From a virus: a stretch of DNA of 64,000 bases. Of the stretch, positions 62,958 to 64,000 are shown one piece after another; the stretch's first letter is position 1; each line of letters opens with the position of its first letter. Under the pieces are notes generated by a model. The model saw only the letters and a program-made list of their open reading frames with translations, was not told the DNA's origin and did not search any database. The stretch is from positions 1 through 64,000 of IMG/VR virus record IMGVR_UViG_3300030102_001905. One strand, given 5' to 3'. Made by a program: the position numbers and the translations under genes.

Positions 62958-63042
62958 TAGCCGGAGTGGGACTTGAACCCACACGGGCTTACAGCCCAAC
63001 AGATTTTAAGTCTGTCATGTCTACCAATTCCATCATCCGGCC
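62958..63042 (-). tRNA. tRNA-Leu (anticodon TAA), class II with a long variable arm
   Basis: GGCCGGA-TG-ATG-GAATTGGTAGA-CAT-G-ACAGA-CTTAAAA-TCTGT-TGGGCTGTAAGCCCGT-GTGGG-TTCAAGT-CCCAC-TCCGGCT-A. There is a G1-U72 wobble. Confidence 0.85.
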
Positions 63043-63047
63043 ATATG

Positions 63048-63121
63048 TGATCCCACTAGGACTTGAACCTAGAACCTACAGCTTAGAAGGCTGTTGCTCT
63101 ATCCAGTTGAGCTATGGGACC
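63048..63121 (-). tRNA. tRNA-Arg (anticodon TCT)
   Basis: GGTCCCA-TA-GCTC-AACTGGATA-GAGC-A-ACAGC-CTTCTAA-GCTGT-AGGTT-CTAGG-TTCAAGT-CCTAG-TGGGATC-A. Confidence 0.85.
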
Positions 63122-63127
63122 ATAAAT

Positions 63128-63397
63128 TTATGATCTTGAGCCTGAAAAACCTAATTCATAGGCTTCAGCTGGATGTTCTTCTATCCACATATGGCAGTTT
63201 CTACAAACTGGTAACCATGTGGATTCATCTAAGTGGTATACACCACGGCCATTTTTGTGATGAACATCTGTGGCATGCAAAGAACATTTATAGATCTTTG
63301 CATGACAGATAGGATTGTTAGACAAATACTCTTTACGCTGTTTAGCATACTTAGCATTGATCCTTGACATTTTATTTGAGACTTTTTTGATACTCAT
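63128..63397 (-). CDS. Small HNH endonuclease (89 aa)
   Basis: C-HAKIYK-C...ATDVHHKNGRG...WLPVCRNCHMWIEEH shows an HNH/His-Me finger with flanking Cys pairs. Confidence 0.6.
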   Translation of the reverse strand: MSIKKVSNKMSRINAKYAKQRKEYLSNNPICHAKIYKCSLHATDVHHKNGRGVYHLDESTWLPVCRNCHMWIEEHPAEAYELGFSGSRS

Positions 63398-63914
63398 TTG
63401 GTTTTATACTAAAGTAATTACGTGGTAATAATCCCAGTGACAAGAATTTAAGTATAACATCTTCATATGTTAGACCTAAGTCTCTGAATGTCATTGTGTT
63501 ATTGTAATCTTCTAAAGTTTCTTCAGCTGGTATATTTGCAATATACTGTGCTAAAGGACTGTGTTTAAAAGTTTCCCTAAGATACTGATTTATTTTCTTA
63601 TTGCAAAGGTATTGTTTCCAAGCATTGATTTCTCTTTGCCCACGTTTCCATACCCTTGTAATCCTTCTTCTCTTATCCCAGTGTAACTTCTTAACTTCTT
63701 CAGGTTTATACACATTAAGACCATGAAGCACACGTTTAAATAAAAAATGTTGATACGGGTTTAACTTCTGGTAGTTTAGTGTATTTACTATTGAAGGTGG
63801 ATGTAATTGATACTCAGACAATAAGCCTAAGTATTCATAACGCTCTCTGCGTTTGCTTAATTCTAATTCTCTTTCATTAAGTTTTAATTTTTGGATTTGA
63901 TCTTGAGATAACAT
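63372..63914 (-). CDS. Hypothetical protein (180 aa)
   Basis: Track ORF. Basic, no assignable motif. Confidence 0.65.
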   Translation of the reverse strand: MLSQDQIQKLKLNERELELSKRRERYEYLGLLSEYQLHPPSIVNTLNYQKLNPYQHFLFKRVLHGLNVYKPEEVKKLHWDKRRRITRVWKRGQREINAWKQYLCNKKINQYLRETFKHSPLAQYIANIPAEETLEDYNNTMTFRDLGLTYEDVILKFLSLGLLPRNYFSIKPNEYQKSLK

Positions 63915-63965
63915 ACATGTTTATTTAAAAGTTTAGTAAATGATTATAGTGGAATTGATGTCCAG

Positions 63966-64000
63966 GGATAGCAAGTGGGTCCTGAGCCACTTAACTATCC
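63966..64000. other. Strong interrupted hairpin at the window edge
   Basis: GGATAG-C-AAGTGG-GTCCTGAG-CCACTT-AA-CTATCC gives 12 bp in two helices. It is relatively GC-rich in AT-rich surroundings, and its context is cut by the window end. Confidence 0.4.

Noticed and set aside
62951-63312. + strand track ORFs 62951-63133 and 63094-63312.
   Set aside because: They lie on top of tRNA-Leu and tRNA-Arg and antisense to the HNH gene. The tRNA cloverleaves explain the sequence.
1-64000. Stop-codon reassignment (TAG or TGA recoding), as seen in some crAss-like phages.
   Set aside because: ORFs of 13.5 kb and 5.7 kb, and all replication genes, are uninterrupted under the standard code. There are no runs of in-frame stops in otherwise coding-looking regions.
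1-64000. CRISPR arrays, integrase or transposase genes, att-like sites, and inteins or group I introns in polB, RNR or helicase genes.
   Set aside because: No spaced direct-repeat arrays were seen. No Tyr/Ser recombinase or DDE motifs were seen. The polymerase, RNR and helicase ORFs are short and contiguous, with motifs in normal order.
63941-64000. A possible fourth tRNA at the window end.
   Set aside because: The hairpin has an 8-nt loop and no T-arm (GTTCRANNC) or acceptor pairing could be built from the available sequence.

Overview
The window looks like one contiguous piece of a lytic, visibly AT-rich tailed dsDNA phage genome. No integrase, repressor, CRISPR array or transposon is visible. 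The gene content fits a crAss-like (Crassvirales-type) phage of a Bacteroidota host, probably Flavobacteriia. Supporting signs are start codons with A/T-rich upstream regions and no Shine-Dalgarno, TTTG-N19-TAnnTTTG promoter-like boxes, a Bacteroidota-style lipoprotein, and a short class-I RNR.

Layout:
(1) nt 1-29367 (+): a run of very large virion or ejection-type ORFs. It opens with a 5'-truncated CHAP+SLT peptidoglycan hydrolase, followed by ORFs of 705, 956, 1080, 4491 and 1894 aa. The 4491-aa ORF carries a GADFDID motif like the NADFDGD catalytic loop of RNA polymerase beta' and the DxDxD of crAss-like virion RNAPs. It also has an HExxH motif and a hydrophobic N-terminal region. The 1894-aa ORF contains a RecB-like PD-(D/E)XK nuclease motif set.
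(2) nt 29475-32409 (+): an accessory operon of envelope-targeted proteins. These are an OMP-like beta-barrel, a lipoprotein, a TM/coiled-coil protein and a secreted thioredoxin-fold protein lacking CxxC, plus a staphylococcal-type nuclease.
(3) nt 32406-35023 (-): class I ribonucleotide reductase alpha and beta.
(4) nt 35478-41966 (+): tiny basic or Cys-rich ORFs (one with a CDGSH-like signature), a holin-like protein and two repeat-containing fibre/adhesin genes.
(5) nt 41956-63914 (-): a replication, recombination and early-gene block. It includes family B DNA polymerase, a SET-domain protein, an SPL-like radical-SAM variant, DUF932, a RecB-like nuclease and a MoxR AAA+ / vWA-metallopeptidase pair with two paralogous unknowns. 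It also includes RusA-like, primase, SSB-like, Sak4-like ATPase, DnaB-like helicase, UDG, an SF2 helicase and an HNH endonuclease, plus three tRNAs (Met-CAT, Leu-TAA, Arg-TCT).

All functional calls rest on motifs read by eye. No database search was possible.
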